Shown piece after piece: positions 11,101-21,066 of a DNA stretch of 64,000 nucleotides; the stretch's first letter is position 1; each line of letters opens with the position of its first letter. The DNA is from an uncultured Clostridia bacterium (GTDB lineage: Bacteria; Bacillota; Clostridia; Christensenellales; UBA3700), in assembly GCA_945872615.1 (NCBI GenBank), contig CAMBZZ010000004.1, positions 80,814 to 144,813 of the forward strand, written 5' to 3'. The notes beneath the pieces are model-generated. The model was not told the DNA's origin. It was given only the letters and a program-made list of their open reading frames with translations, and made no database searches. A program made the position numbers and the translations under genes.

Positions 11101-11647
11101 CCTCATTGATTGTTGCCAAATCACTCTCAATGCTCTTACTATCCGCCCCCATAGATACGTATCTCGTATCGTATGCCCTTGCAAGTTCCATATTGCCGTT
11201 GTAAGCGTTGTTGTAGTTATCCGTGAGAGTTCCGTCGGCATTGAACATTTCGCCCAAATTATGCTTGTCTATGTACTTGGCACGCTTGTCTTCGCTCATA
11301 TTGGCAAGTTCTTGGCTTATCGTCTTCAAAGTCTCCGCTTTGGCTTGCGATACCTTTTCTACCGTGGCTTTGTCGTTGCTATCCCAACCCTTCTTCAAAG
11401 CCTCGTCATAGGTGGCTACGTTTTCAAGTTCGCTCGGTATAACGGTGTTGACACCCGCAACCTTTTTGACAGCCGTTTGTGCTCCGCCGTATGCCAACGA
11501 AGTCAACGCACCTATCAAGCCCGCCTCAACTACCGACTCTACCGTCGCACTATCGGCTTGCTTGTCGTAGGTCAATCTTTTTAGGTATGGCGATACTATC
11601 TCGCTTACCATTTCTTCCGCACCTTCGCGGTCGGCAATTTTAGACAC
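8138..11647 (-). CDS. Polyvalent-type multidomain protein of the phage/conjugative-element kind. It has a zincin HExxH module, an ART-PolyVal-like module and a MuF-C/PBECR-like module. It is probably a 5'-truncated remnant.
   Basis: 1169 aa. LIHEVMHSVEK (HExxH, nt ~10799-10813). LLVVYHGSRNAGFTIF...GTYFTADKQYATEYA...VYSVYLDIKKPFD (aa ~645-800). PILMTARHLD...YHGLGIDIIKQLPNLIEKPALIAES...RPVIVAIKV...SAYGKDN (aa ~815-970). Two YS[LI]K junction motifs are present. The gene is AT-rich relative to its flanks. The GTG start abuts the gdhA terminator with no SD. An alternative ATG at 11611 is preceded by GAAGGTG. Confidence 0.6.
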   Translation of the reverse strand: MSKIADREGAEEMVSEIVSPYLKRLTYDKQADSATVESVVEAGLIGALTSLAYGGAQTAVKKVAGVNTVIPSELENVATYDEALKKGWDSNDKATVEKVSQAKAETLKTISQELANMSEDKRAKYIDKHNLGEMFNADGTLTDNYNNAYNGNMELARAYDTRYVSMGADSKSIESDLATINEDNAKRYAQINSVSIEEAREQVEKIKVYSGELGDKAKQDLATAKQAVEKLGSYGMRNLKLVVVDENQMFNGNYNGTDNNIYIAKDTLENGNWVGTLIHEVMHSVEKSGGDYNQLSAHLRFVLNEQGKLDDIINGVAKLYDIDGQVLLKAIEKQDNNEQLSQEEKNLIELFDSELNAKLAEEVLGNEDFINRIVKDKPNLAKRIVETIQNIIKVFKMNKVERRRYSQLLTAERLYLKAAYNTPERQALAKMIEQGIEENKQVQVDEQNAEVGVDQTLALQYNKNVQFQRKFSFLHKNFPGERESGGSEAHRLAIWWTRQPNIVAGDQTLISMNGRWYLVEKFDDADNGYQVEDYITKAEYNKIFEEIKQYGRSGKIESIQGSTYEIDKLNKRRNTIGREKSSLIGDETQYRRKDNSIQRVGEEESKKWQTSSDRSGDSESGDSSKQGIDYSLKDSQGNELTQQQAEYFRDSKVRDEQGNLLVVYHGSRNAGFTIFKTDLEGTYFTADKQYATEYAKMNNDNVYSVYLDIKKPFDTREKKARKIFEEQFYGQWGNGAPLTKRGLLDWTDGADMYDFLQEKGLDYDGIIVDEGGVPMPSGVKDRGISYVAFYPEQIKLTTNLNPTSNQDIRYSIKPFAEQVDDILGGKDTTSTHLKIMDTPQILQDVGLPKLPILMTARHLDTTVNESGKKGLNYHGLGIDIIKQLPNLIEKPALIAESLTRDDSVVLITQAIDKQRRPVIVAIKVNGVGRLENVVIQANVMTSAYGKDNFYNYIKKFIDNDKILFWDKKRSQRVSVNPGLQLSDVITNLASDTIIRKIDIKSQDFVSKNPTDIKQSRKSPAPSQVGDIIKAQGNLTTDKIFTKDEVKKIIANIEERLVFEDKGMVGTVKGTNELIDRLWKGLNKADKGEYTRVGVEIADYVINHTVVEDIYECLYSDTEVDEAREVIKTLKQYFHKVKISDRVLGEIKYHFDDKSSKVLSLWRAKEGGLA

Positions 11648-11676
11648 AAAAAAGGTCGGTATATTTCAACCGACCC
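11648..11676 (-). terminator. Rho-independent terminator of gdhA
   Basis: Minus strand reads GGGTCGG-ttgaaatata-CCGACC-TTTTTT. Confidence 0.75.
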
Positions 11677-11697
11677 ATTGTATTTGATTTAGAATGA

Positions 11698-13056
<1,359 letters not shown>

Positions 13057-13173
13057 TTAACAAAAAAAATATATCACAATTTTTTTTTGACATACAAGTA
13101 TTTTTTTATATTTTTTGACGGTTTTTTACAGTTTTATTTTACAAATAAAGTAGTATAACATTTCATTATGCTA

Positions 13174-13202
13174 TTGACTATCGCCCATTTTATGGTTATA
13201 AT
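13174..13202 (+). promoter_or_regulatory. Sigma-A-type promoter for the WYL-regulator operon
   Basis: TTGACT, a 17-nt spacer, then TATAAT, 30 nt upstream of the ATG at 13232. Confidence 0.55.
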
Positions 13203-13231
13203 ATATACAAAAAATAGATACAAGGTGTCAA

Positions 13232-14149
13232 ATGATAAGCAATATTTTTACGATGCTGGTGGACTTGCTCAACAATCCCAAGTGTACTGCGCAAGAATTG
13301 GCTAGCAAACTCGAAATAAGCGAACGCACCGTCTATCGTTACGTAGATGTGCTAAGTTATTCTCATATACCCGTAGTATGCAAAAAAGGCAGAGACGGCG
13401 GAATTATGATAGGCGAAGACTTCAAACTTCGCGCTCAATACCTTACGAGAGAAGAATTGGAATTGATTTTTACCTCTCTCGACACCTTGCCTTTCAACGA
13501 CACGGCGGTGGGTATCAAGGCTAAGCTTCAAAATCTCAACACCGACAAGCGCACGGATGAAAACTTCCACTCCGACCTATTCGTGGTAGACAAGTCCACT
13601 TGGGGCAACAATACCAATCTCCAACAAAAGATGGACGCGTTGCTCAAAGCCCGTTCTCGCAAAAAGGCAGTCAAAATCACCTACCACGACAGAGGCGGCA
13701 ACCTTTCGGAGCGCGTCATCGAGCCTTACGTAGTCGTGTATGGCGCGGGAATATGGTACATATACGCATGGTGTCGTATGCGCAACCAAATGCGCACCTT
13801 CAAAATCAGTCGTATCACGCACATTTTACCTACCGACAGCGACTTCAAGCCTAGAGAGTTTACCAATGCGTGGAAGATAGCCAACAAGCTTGACAACGCC
13901 CAAGAGATTAGCATCGTGCTCAAGGTCAACCAAAACGCCCGTTACGACGTGGAAGAATGGCTGGGCGTAGAGGCAGTCAACAAAGCCGAACAAGGCGACT
14001 ATTGGATAGCGCAAGCCTACGTCACCGTGGGCGACAAGCTCATAGACAAACTTCTCTCTTATCGCGAAAACGTCGAAGTCCTCTCCCCTATCTCCATACG
14101 CGACAAGGTCAAAGAGAGCGCAATGAATATTGCCAAACTATATAGGTAG
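13232..14149 (+). CDS. HTH + WYL domain transcriptional regulator (YafY-like)
   Basis: 305 aa. The N-terminal wHTH is ELASKLEISERTVYRYVDVL. The central region (YHDRGGNLSERVIEPYVVVYGAGIWYIYAWC) is WYL-like. Confidence 0.8.
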   Translation: MISNIFTMLVDLLNNPKCTAQELASKLEISERTVYRYVDVLSYSHIPVVCKKGRDGGIMIGEDFKLRAQYLTREELELIFTSLDTLPFNDTAVGIKAKLQNLNTDKRTDENFHSDLFVVDKSTWGNNTNLQQKMDALLKARSRKKAVKITYHDRGGNLSERVIEPYVVVYGAGIWYIYAWCRMRNQMRTFKISRITHILPTDSDFKPREFTNAWKIANKLDNAQEISIVLKVNQNARYDVEEWLGVEAVNKAEQGDYWIAQAYVTVGDKLIDKLLSYRENVEVLSPISIRDKVKESAMNIAKLYR

Positions 14150-14152
14150 ACT

Positions 14153-14767
14153 ATGGACAAGCAAGATAGATTACATTCTCAACAAGTTTACAACCCTAAT
14201 GATCCCGACATTATGCAAGAACAGTTGCAAAGGTTGGAATTGCTCTACGACTTCAACGCCACTAGACCAAGCCAACTGCAACTACGTGAGCAATTACTCC
14301 GAAAGATGTTCGCCGAGATAGGCGAAGACTGCTATATCGAGCCGCCTTTTCACTCCAATTTTTCGGGTAAACACGTACATTTCGGCAACGGTGTTTACGC
14401 CAATTTCAATCTCACGCTTGTCGACGACACTCACATATACGTAGGCGACCATACCATGTTTGCGCCCAACGTTATCGTTGCTACCGCCTCTCACCCTATC
14501 TGCCCCGCCCTTAGAGAAAAGGCTTATCAATTCAACTTGCCCGTACATATCGGCAAAAATTGTTGGATAGGCGCGGGCGCAATAATCTTGCCGGGGGTAA
14601 CTATCGGTAACAATACCGTCATAGGTGCGGGTAGCGTCGTCACCAAGGACGTGCCCGCAGGCGTTGTTGCCGTCGGCAATCCTTGCCGAGTTTTGCGTCC
14701 TATCGACGAGCGCGACGACGTATACTTTTATCGTGATAGAAAAATCAATTACGACGACCTGGACTAA
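14153..14767 (+). CDS. maa: Maltose/galactoside O-acetyltransferase family (hexapeptide-repeat) protein
   Basis: 204 aa. It has an Mac-type N-terminus and left-handed beta-helix repeats (IGKNCWIGAGAIILPGVTIGNNTVIGAGSVV). It starts 3 nt after the WYL gene. Confidence 0.8.
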   Translation: MDKQDRLHSQQVYNPNDPDIMQEQLQRLELLYDFNATRPSQLQLREQLLRKMFAEIGEDCYIEPPFHSNFSGKHVHFGNGVYANFNLTLVDDTHIYVGDHTMFAPNVIVATASHPICPALREKAYQFNLPVHIGKNCWIGAGAIILPGVTIGNNTVIGAGSVVTKDVPAGVVAVGNPCRVLRPIDERDDVYFYRDRKINYDDLD

Positions 14768-14796
14768 ATATCACAATCAATTACCAATTATCAAAA

Positions 14797-14822
14797 AGAC
14801 ACCCCCTATGTTGAGGGTGTCT
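14797..14822. terminator. Bidirectional terminator between the convergent maa and icd genes
   Basis: AGACACCC-cctatgttga-GGGTGTCT, flanked by A-rich and T-rich runs. Confidence 0.7.
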
Positions 14823-14838
14823 ATTTATATTTACTAAA

Positions 14839-16038
14839 TTATATTCTCTTAGCAATCTCGGTGAGGAAGTCGCGGGTCTCCAAGGTATGCACCTCAACGT
14901 CGCCCTTATACAGCGAAGCGAGGTCGCCCGTCATATATCCCGATTCGATAGTGTCGATAGTGGCTTTTTCCAGTCTATCGGCGTAGTCTGCCAAGTCGCT
15001 GAGATTGTCGAGTTCCGCTCTCTTACGAAGCGCGCCCGACCAAGCGAAGATAGTTGCCACGGGGTTGGTGGAAGTCGACTTGCCTTCCAAGTACTTGTAA
15101 TAGTGTCTAGTAACGGTGCCGTGAGCCGCTTCGTACTCGTACTTGCCGTCAGGCGAAACGAGCACCGAAGTCATCATTGCCAGAGACCCGAATGCCGTTG
15201 CGACCATATCGCTCATCACGTCGCCGTCGTAGTTTTTGCACGCCCAAATCATTCCGCCGTTGCTTCGCACCACTCTTGCCACGGCGTCGTCAATCAACGT
15301 ATAGAAGTATTCTATACCCGCCTCTTCGAACTTGCTCTTATATTCGCTGTCGAATATCTCGGCAAAAATATCCTTAAATCTATGGTCGTAAGTCTTAGAT
15401 ATGGTGTCTTTGGTGGCAAACCAAAGGTCTTGCTTGGTATCTAGCGCATAATTGAAGCAACTTCTAGCAAAGCTCGATATGCTCTTGTCGGTATTGTGCA
15501 TACCCATAGTCACGCCCGCGCTCTTAGCATAATCGAAGATTTCTATTTCTCGATGACCTTGCTCGTCGTCGATGACTAGTTTTGCTTTACCGCCCTTAGC
15601 AACGTAGCCCTCTACGTCCTTGTATATATCGCCGTAAGCGTGTCTTGCAATGGTGATAGGGCTTGTCCAAGTCGGTATATAAGGAGTAATGCCTTTGACC
15701 ATGATTGGCGCTCTAAACACCGTGCCGTCGAGTATTGCTCTCACCGTGCCGTTAGGGCTCTTCCACATGTTGGAGAGGTTGTATTCCTTTACTCTCTGCG
15801 CGTTGGGGGTGATGGTAGCGCACTTTACGCCCACGCCGTACTTGACGATAGCGTTGGCGGAGTCCACCGTCACTTGGTCCTTGGTAACTTCTCTATTGAC
15901 AAGACCGAGGTCGTAATATTCGCTTTTTAGTTCTACGTAAGGCTCGATAAGTATCTCTTTTATCCATTTCCAGATGACGCGGGTCATCTCGTCGCCGTCT
16001 AGTTCTACGATAGGCGTCGTCATTTTGATTTTCGTCAT
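14839..16038 (-). CDS. icd: NADP-dependent isocitrate dehydrogenase (type II, eukaryote-like homodimeric)
   Basis: 399 aa. The N-terminus [15 protein letters not shown] and the length are typical of type II IDH. Confidence 0.9.
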   Translation of the reverse strand: MTKIKMTTPIVELDGDEMTRVIWKWIKEILIEPYVELKSEYYDLGLVNREVTKDQVTVDSANAIVKYGVGVKCATITPNAQRVKEYNLSNMWKSPNGTVRAILDGTVFRAPIMVKGITPYIPTWTSPITIARHAYGDIYKDVEGYVAKGGKAKLVIDDEQGHREIEIFDYAKSAGVTMGMHNTDKSISSFARSCFNYALDTKQDLWFATKDTISKTYDHRFKDIFAEIFDSEYKSKFEEAGIEYFYTLIDDAVARVVRSNGGMIWACKNYDGDVMSDMVATAFGSLAMMTSVLVSPDGKYEYEAAHGTVTRHYYKYLEGKSTSTNPVATIFAWSGALRKRAELDNLSDLADYADRLEKATIDTIESGYMTGDLASLYKGDVEVHTLETRDFLTEIAKRI

Positions 16039-16067
16039 AATGTGCTCCGTTGATTTTGTTGAGTATA

Positions 16068-17198
16068 TTATAATAGTTTACTAGGATTTTTGCAAGCATT
16101 ATTGCACTCCTCAAACTCACTCAACACGTCGGAGCGAAAAGTATATTTCGGCTTTTCCGCGTTTTGTCTTATAGCCTCGTCCACGAGAATATCTATGAGG
16201 TCCTCGTAGTCAATATCCTCTTCTTCGAATAGATAGAACGCCATCGACCCGGGTATGGTATTGACCTCGTTGATATACACCTTGTTTTGTTTGTCTATCA
16301 AAAAGTCCATTCTCACCACGCCCTTCATATCCAAAAACTCGTATATCCTCTTGGCGTAATCGTAGACCGTCTTTTTGGTTTTGTCTGTCAAGGTCGCGGG
16401 GTAAATTCTTCCGCTACCGCTCATCTTGCCGCCCGCTATATATTTGTCTTCAAAGGTCAAAAAGTCCTTCCACCCCACGGGCTGTTCGGGTGAAGAAAAT
16501 ATAAGGTCTCCCCCTTTTGCCACCACCGCTACGTTGATTTCTACGAAGTCGGTCAAGGCTTTTTCGGCAATTATTTTGCTATCGAAGCAAAACGCCGTAT
16601 CTATCGCCTCTTGCAATTCCTCTATATCGTTTGCGATTTTAATGCCGATAGACGAGCCTTGCGACGACGGCTTGACTATGATTGGAAAGTCCAATTTGTC
16701 CGCCACGTACTGGGTTTTTGACTCGTCGTAATCTTTTTTGTTGACGCTCACGCTCTCCACGCTTCTACACCCGATGTGCTTGAAGACCGCCTTTGACACG
16801 CTCTTATTCATAGCCACCGCGCTACCGCACACCCCCGCCGAAGTATATGGCAAACCTAGGCACTCGAAGAAGCCTTGCAATACCCCGTTTTCGCCCTCTC
16901 CGCCGTGGGTACACAGCACCACGCAGTCTATAGCGCACAATCTCTTTTGTCTAATTTTCCCATTTTTTATCAAGGACTTACCTCTAAAGTAAACCTTGTT
17001 CTGCTCTTCTCCCACCCATTTGATATAACCGTCTATCTCGAGAGGATTGCTCGGAAGATAGAAGTCGCTCCCCTCGTACACCAGAGGATAGACGTTGTAC
17101 TTATTTTTATTGACGTTTCTACACAGTTGCACGCCCGTAATGATAGAAATGTCTCTTTCGCAAGAGTTACCGCCAAATACCACCGCAATATTTTTCAT
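16068..17198 (-). CDS. ddl: D-alanine--D-alanine ligase
   Basis: 376 aa. [19 protein letters not shown], an ATP-grasp core, and EVNTIPG. Confidence 0.9.
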   Translation of the reverse strand: MKNIAVVFGGNSCERDISIITGVQLCRNVNKNKYNVYPLVYEGSDFYLPSNPLEIDGYIKWVGEEQNKVYFRGKSLIKNGKIRQKRLCAIDCVVLCTHGGEGENGVLQGFFECLGLPYTSAGVCGSAVAMNKSVSKAVFKHIGCRSVESVSVNKKDYDESKTQYVADKLDFPIIVKPSSQGSSIGIKIANDIEELQEAIDTAFCFDSKIIAEKALTDFVEINVAVVAKGGDLIFSSPEQPVGWKDFLTFEDKYIAGGKMSGSGRIYPATLTDKTKKTVYDYAKRIYEFLDMKGVVRMDFLIDKQNKVYINEVNTIPGSMAFYLFEEEDIDYEDLIDILVDEAIRQNAEKPKYTFRSDVLSEFEECNNACKNPSKLL

Positions 17199-17205
17199 AC
17201 TCTCC

Positions 17206-18774
17206 TCAATAATTGTCAGTCAGGTCGTTTTGAATTAATACGACGCTGTTTTTGTCCACTATTTTTTTCAAGACGTGTTGCGCTTGCTCCAAGTCCTTGA
17301 CGACGTAAATGTTTCTCAATTTCATACCCTTTTCCACCAACCCTTGCATTAGATATTTTGCATTGACGCCTATGAGGATAGCCAAGTCCACCTTTTGCGC
17401 CATATATCCGCCCAGCTCTATGTTGGCTTCCTCGCTCTCCGCGCCCAGTTCCACCAGTCCTTGCGACATGACGATTTTCTTTTTGTCCTCAAAAAACTCG
17501 AGCGTATCGATAGCGTACATTGCGCCCCTTTTGTTGGAGTTGTAACTGTCGTCTATCACCGTCACCCCGCCGTAGAGTTTGCACACTTGCAGTCGATGTT
17601 CAACGGCGTTTATCTCCTCAATGCCCTTGGCGATTTGAGTTATATTCATACCGAGATGATGAGCCACCGCCACGGCGAGCAGTATGTTTTGGATATTGTG
17701 TTTGCCGATGAGTTTGGTTTTGACCTTAATCTTTTCGTCGCCAATACACAGGTCGAAGGTACTTCCTTCTCCGTCGCACGTCACGTTTTTGGCTTGCACG
17801 TATCCGCCCGAGCCCACAATTATCGGTTTTTTTGACCTAACCACGCACCTGTCCAAATATCTACACTCGCCAAAAAAGCAAGGTTTATCGCCTAAGAATT
17901 CCACCAATTCGCACTTGGTATCGATAATGTTGTCTATCGTACCGAAACTCTCCAAGTGTTGATTTTCTATCCCCGTCAAGACGCCGAGGTCGGGCTTAGT
18001 CATTTTACACAGCTCGGCAATATCGCCCTTGTATCTCGCTCCCATTTCCACCACGAATATTTGTGTATCGGCGGGCATTTGTTTGACAGAGAGGCATATT
18101 CCCATAGGCGTATTGTAGTTATGCGGGGTGCAAAAAGTCCTAAATTTTTGCGACAAAATAGTCGTCAAAAATCTCTTGACGGAGGTCTTACCGTAACTCC
18201 CCGTGACGCCTATTCTTACCAATTCGGGGTTGTTGTCCAGCGTCCTTGTCGCCTTGACGATATAGCGTTTTTTTATTGAGTTTTCTAGTGGAGATAACAA
18301 AGCCAAACTAAACTTTAGTATGCTAGGCGTGATAAAGAAGACGAAAGGACACAATACGTAGGTCATATTCAGTCCCTCAAGGCGTATCATACCGCCAAGC
18401 AGTACCGCGCCGACGAACGTTATCGAGGTCAACAAAGTAAAGCACCCCACCAATCTTCGCGCTCTAGCGGTGAGTTTCAACGTCTGTCTTGCTCCGCACT
18501 TAGAGCTGTCTACGGCGTGATAAATCGCTAGTATCGCGATACATATCGGCACTATATATTCGAGATTTTGCAGCACGCTGAGTATTGCGGTTAGGTAGGT
18601 AATATAGGTTATAATACAACTCGCCACCCCGCAAAATAGCAGTCTAGCCACAATATCGTCGGTTTTTTGCGTTTTTCTCAACACGTAGCCGTCAAGCTGT
18701 ACCAACGTCAACAGTCGGTGACACAGAGCCACCACGCACCAGCTCAACACGACGGCTATTATACAATCAATCAT
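17206..18774 (-). CDS. murF: MurF-like Mur ligase (UDP-MurNAc-tripeptide--D-Ala-D-Ala ligase family) with an N-terminal polytopic membrane region
   Basis: GVTGSYGKTSVKRFL is the P-loop. NYNTPMG and VVEMGARYKGDI are MurF-like. About 165 N-terminal residues are hydrophobic helices. The track start at 18792 is TTG, and the first ATG is at 18774. Confidence 0.7.
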   Translation of the reverse strand: MIDCIIAVVLSWCVVALCHRLLTLVQLDGYVLRKTQKTDDIVARLLFCGVASCIITYITYLTAILSVLQNLEYIVPICIAILAIYHAVDSSKCGARQTLKLTARARRLVGCFTLLTSITFVGAVLLGGMIRLEGLNMTYVLCPFVFFITPSILKFSLALLSPLENSIKKRYIVKATRTLDNNPELVRIGVTGSYGKTSVKRFLTTILSQKFRTFCTPHNYNTPMGICLSVKQMPADTQIFVVEMGARYKGDIAELCKMTKPDLGVLTGIENQHLESFGTIDNIIDTKCELVEFLGDKPCFFGECRYLDRCVVRSKKPIIVGSGGYVQAKNVTCDGEGSTFDLCIGDEKIKVKTKLIGKHNIQNILLAVAVAHHLGMNITQIAKGIEEINAVEHRLQVCKLYGGVTVIDDSYNSNKRGAMYAIDTLEFFEDKKKIVMSQGLVELGAESEEANIELGGYMAQKVDLAILIGVNAKYLMQGLVEKGMKLRNIYVVKDLEQAQHVLKKIVDKNSVVLIQNDLTDNY

Positions 18775-19444
18775 TGTTTTCAAGCCAATCAATCGTCCTT
18801 TTTACAAAGTCGCCCAAACTCTCTATATAGCACCAATGCCCGCCCGTTAGCCAAATCAGCGTCGAGCGAGCCAAGCCTCTATTAAGCTTCTTTGCCATAT
18901 ATTTGGGTGTTTCTTTGTCGGTTTTTCCCCATACGATTAGTACGGGGCAATGTATTGTATGCAACAATCCGTCTTGATGATAATTGACTACGTTGACGAA
19001 GGTCTTTTTCATAATAGGGCTTAGTTCTCGATAGTCCTTCGAGCCGCATTTTTCGGTACTTTTGCCCAAAGCCTTGTATATTTTGTATTTAAGTTTTCTC
19101 ATGGTTTTTTTTAGCGTCCGTCTAGGTTTCAGTCCCGCGCTATCCACCAAAACCATACTTCTCACAACGTCGGTCTTTGCGGCAAGTTCCATAGCAACGC
19201 GCCCGCCAAAGGAATGTCCCACCACGCATATCTGCTTCACGCCTAGGTATTCCAACACTTCGATTACGCCGTCGCAATAATCTTGCAAGGTCAACGCTCT
19301 GTCTATCGGAGTGCCGCCAAAGCCGTAAAAGTCCACTAAGATACAACGGTATTTTTTGCAAAAAAATTGAGCCACGCCCCAAAAGCTGTCTATACTTCCA
19401 CCCCAACCGTGCAAAAATATGATGTCTTTCGAGCCGTGCCCCAC
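18767..19444 (-). CDS. Alpha/beta-fold hydrolase
   Basis: 225 aa. It has an HGWGG oxyanion region and a GHSFGG nucleophile elbow. The listed start is GTG. An in-frame ATT at 19462, six nt after AGGAGG, may be the real start. Confidence 0.8.
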   Translation of the reverse strand: MGHGSKDIIFLHGWGGSIDSFWGVAQFFCKKYRCILVDFYGFGGTPIDRALTLQDYCDGVIEVLEYLGVKQICVVGHSFGGRVAMELAAKTDVVRSMVLVDSAGLKPRRTLKKTMRKLKYKIYKALGKSTEKCGSKDYRELSPIMKKTFVNVVNYHQDGLLHTIHCPVLIVWGKTDKETPKYMAKKLNRGLARSTLIWLTGGHWCYIESLGDFVKRTIDWLENND

Positions 19445-19472
19445 GACCTTGTAATTGAGAATATGCGACCTC

Positions 19473-19907
19473 CTATCTTCTCCACATAATTATCGCATCT
19501 TCCGTATTATTATAATATTTTTTTCTTAATCCTTCTTGTCTAAATCCAAACTTCTCGTACAATTTTTGTGCAACGATATTGTTTGCGCCCACCTCGAGAG
19601 TTATCGAAGCTATGCCTCGGAGCTTGCACTCCTCTATCATATCGTGCATTAGCGCGCTGCCCACGCCCTTGTTTTGCCAAGCGCTGTCCACCGCGATATT
19701 GTTGACGTCGGCTTCGTCTAGTATTTGATAAAAGCTATAATACCCCATCGCCTTGCCGTCTATTGTTGACACTTTTGCCACGGCATTGTCCGTCGTCGTC
19801 AATTTTTGTATCGACTCCTTGCTCCAAGGCGAGGCGATGAGAGCCTTTTCTATCTCCCACACGCTATCCACGTGGCTTTCGTTCATTGTGACTATTTCAA
19901 TTTCCAT
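19473..19907 (-). CDS. rimI: Ribosomal-protein-alanine N-acetyltransferase (GNAT)
   Basis: 144 aa GNAT (QNKGVGSALM), in the conserved tsaE-tsaB-rimI arrangement. Confidence 0.85.
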   Translation of the reverse strand: MEIEIVTMNESHVDSVWEIEKALIASPWSKESIQKLTTTDNAVAKVSTIDGKAMGYYSFYQILDEADVNNIAVDSAWQNKGVGSALMHDMIEECKLRGIASITLEVGANNIVAQKLYEKFGFRQEGLRKKYYNNTEDAIIMWRR

Positions 19908-20478
19908 CTTTTTCTCTCTCGGCTTGCGACTTTTTCATATACATAGGCACAAGCTTATCGTATTTGCCGTTTTGCATCTTCCATTTGGCTATTTCCAATA
20001 GCTTAATAGGGTCGCTAGGCTGGGTTTTGTACACCACGCAATCGCCCATAGATTTTAGCTGTTCATCATTATATATGCAAAACTCGGTGATATTTTGCCA
20101 ATTTCCGTCGAATTTTGCCGAGTAATATTCTCCGTGTCCGCAGTCTATCGCCACTACCTTACACTTGGGGTCGCAGTCGTAGGCTATCTCCTCAAAGGAA
20201 GTGATTGGCACAGTCTTAAGATTGCACGCAGTAGCCAGAGCCTCGGCTGTCGCAATGCCTATCCTTATACCCGTAAAGGAGCCCGCACCCACCACGCATG
20301 CAACGCCCTCCAAGTCTTTCACCGTCATAGCCAACTCGTCAAGCACCTCGTCGACGAGTGGCAAAATCGCGCCGTTGTGCCTTTTGTTGCCCTCGCTAAA
20401 TCTTGATGCAACCTTATCTTTATTGCATGCCGCGATAACTAACCTATCCGACACGCTGTCTATCGCCAAAATCTTCAT
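19897..20478 (-). CDS. tsaB: tRNA t6A37 biosynthesis protein TsaB
   Basis: 193 aa. MKILAIDS...GAGSFTGIRIG is typical of TsaB. Confidence 0.85.
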   Translation of the reverse strand: MKILAIDSVSDRLVIAACNKDKVASRFSEGNKRHNGAILPLVDEVLDELAMTVKDLEGVACVVGAGSFTGIRIGIATAEALATACNLKTVPITSFEEIAYDCDPKCKVVAIDCGHGEYYSAKFDGNWQNITEFCIYNDEQLKSMGDCVVYKTQPSDPIKLLEIAKWKMQNGKYDKLVPMYMKKSQAEREKDGN

Positions 20479-20873
20479 AATATCTCTATTTCCCTACTAT
20501 TCTCGTCCATCGCCTTTATATTGATGACGATAGGATTTTTTATATTTTGGAACTTATTCCACTCTATGACGCACACGCCGTCCATGTCGAGATAGTCGGC
20601 AAGCCCCAATTCGTACAATTCGTCCTCGTTTTCGGCTCTGTACATATCGAAGTGATACAACGTCAGTCTTCCCTCGTAGCTTTTCATAAAGGTAAAGGTG
20701 GGCGAAGTGACGGTATCTTGTATGCCTAAAGCAAGCGCCAAACCCTTGGTAAAAGTCGTCTTACCCGCGCCCAAATCACCGCTGAGTAGAATAACCTCGC
20801 CCCCTTTGAGGTCGGCGGCGATTTTTTGGGCAATATCATATGTTTCTTGCACGCTGTGACTGACAATTTTCAT
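20475..20873 (-). CDS. tsaE: tRNA t6A37 biosynthesis ATPase TsaE
   Basis: [13 protein letters not shown] is the Walker A motif. The track start at 20909 is TTG, and the first ATG (MKIVSHS...) is at 20873. Confidence 0.85.
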   Translation of the reverse strand: MKIVSHSVQETYDIAQKIAADLKGGEVILLSGDLGAGKTTFTKGLALALGIQDTVTSPTFTFMKSYEGRLTLYHFDMYRAENEDELYELGLADYLDMDGVCVIEWNKFQNIKNPIVINIKAMDENSREIEIL

Positions 20874-20892
20874 ATAATCAATTATATTATAC

Positions 20893-20921
20893 TTGACATC
20901 ATTTTGCAAACGATTTATAAT
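20893..20921 (+). promoter_or_regulatory. Consensus sigma-A promoter for the riboswitch-ribU transcript
   Basis: TTGACA (20893-20898), a 17-nt spacer, then TATAAT (20916-20921). Confidence 0.7.
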
Positions 20922-20937
20922 TTCTATAAATCAAATA

Positions 20938-21060
20938 AATTCTTTGAGGGTAGGTGCAATTCCTCACCGGTGGTACAGTCCACAAACGTCGTAAATCTTT
21001 ATGCGATGCCGAATAGGTGCAATTCCTATACCGACAGTATAGTCTGGATGAGAAAGGAAG
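20938..21060 (+). promoter_or_regulatory. FMN riboswitch (RFN element)
   Basis: gagggtaGGTGCAATTCCTCACCGGTGGTA...GATGCCGAATAGGTGCAATTCCTATACCGACAGTATAGTCTGGATGAGAAAGGAAG matches the conserved RFN core. The 3' P1 strand overlaps the SD of ribU, which suggests translational control. Confidence 0.9.
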
Positions 21061-21066
21061 ATTATT

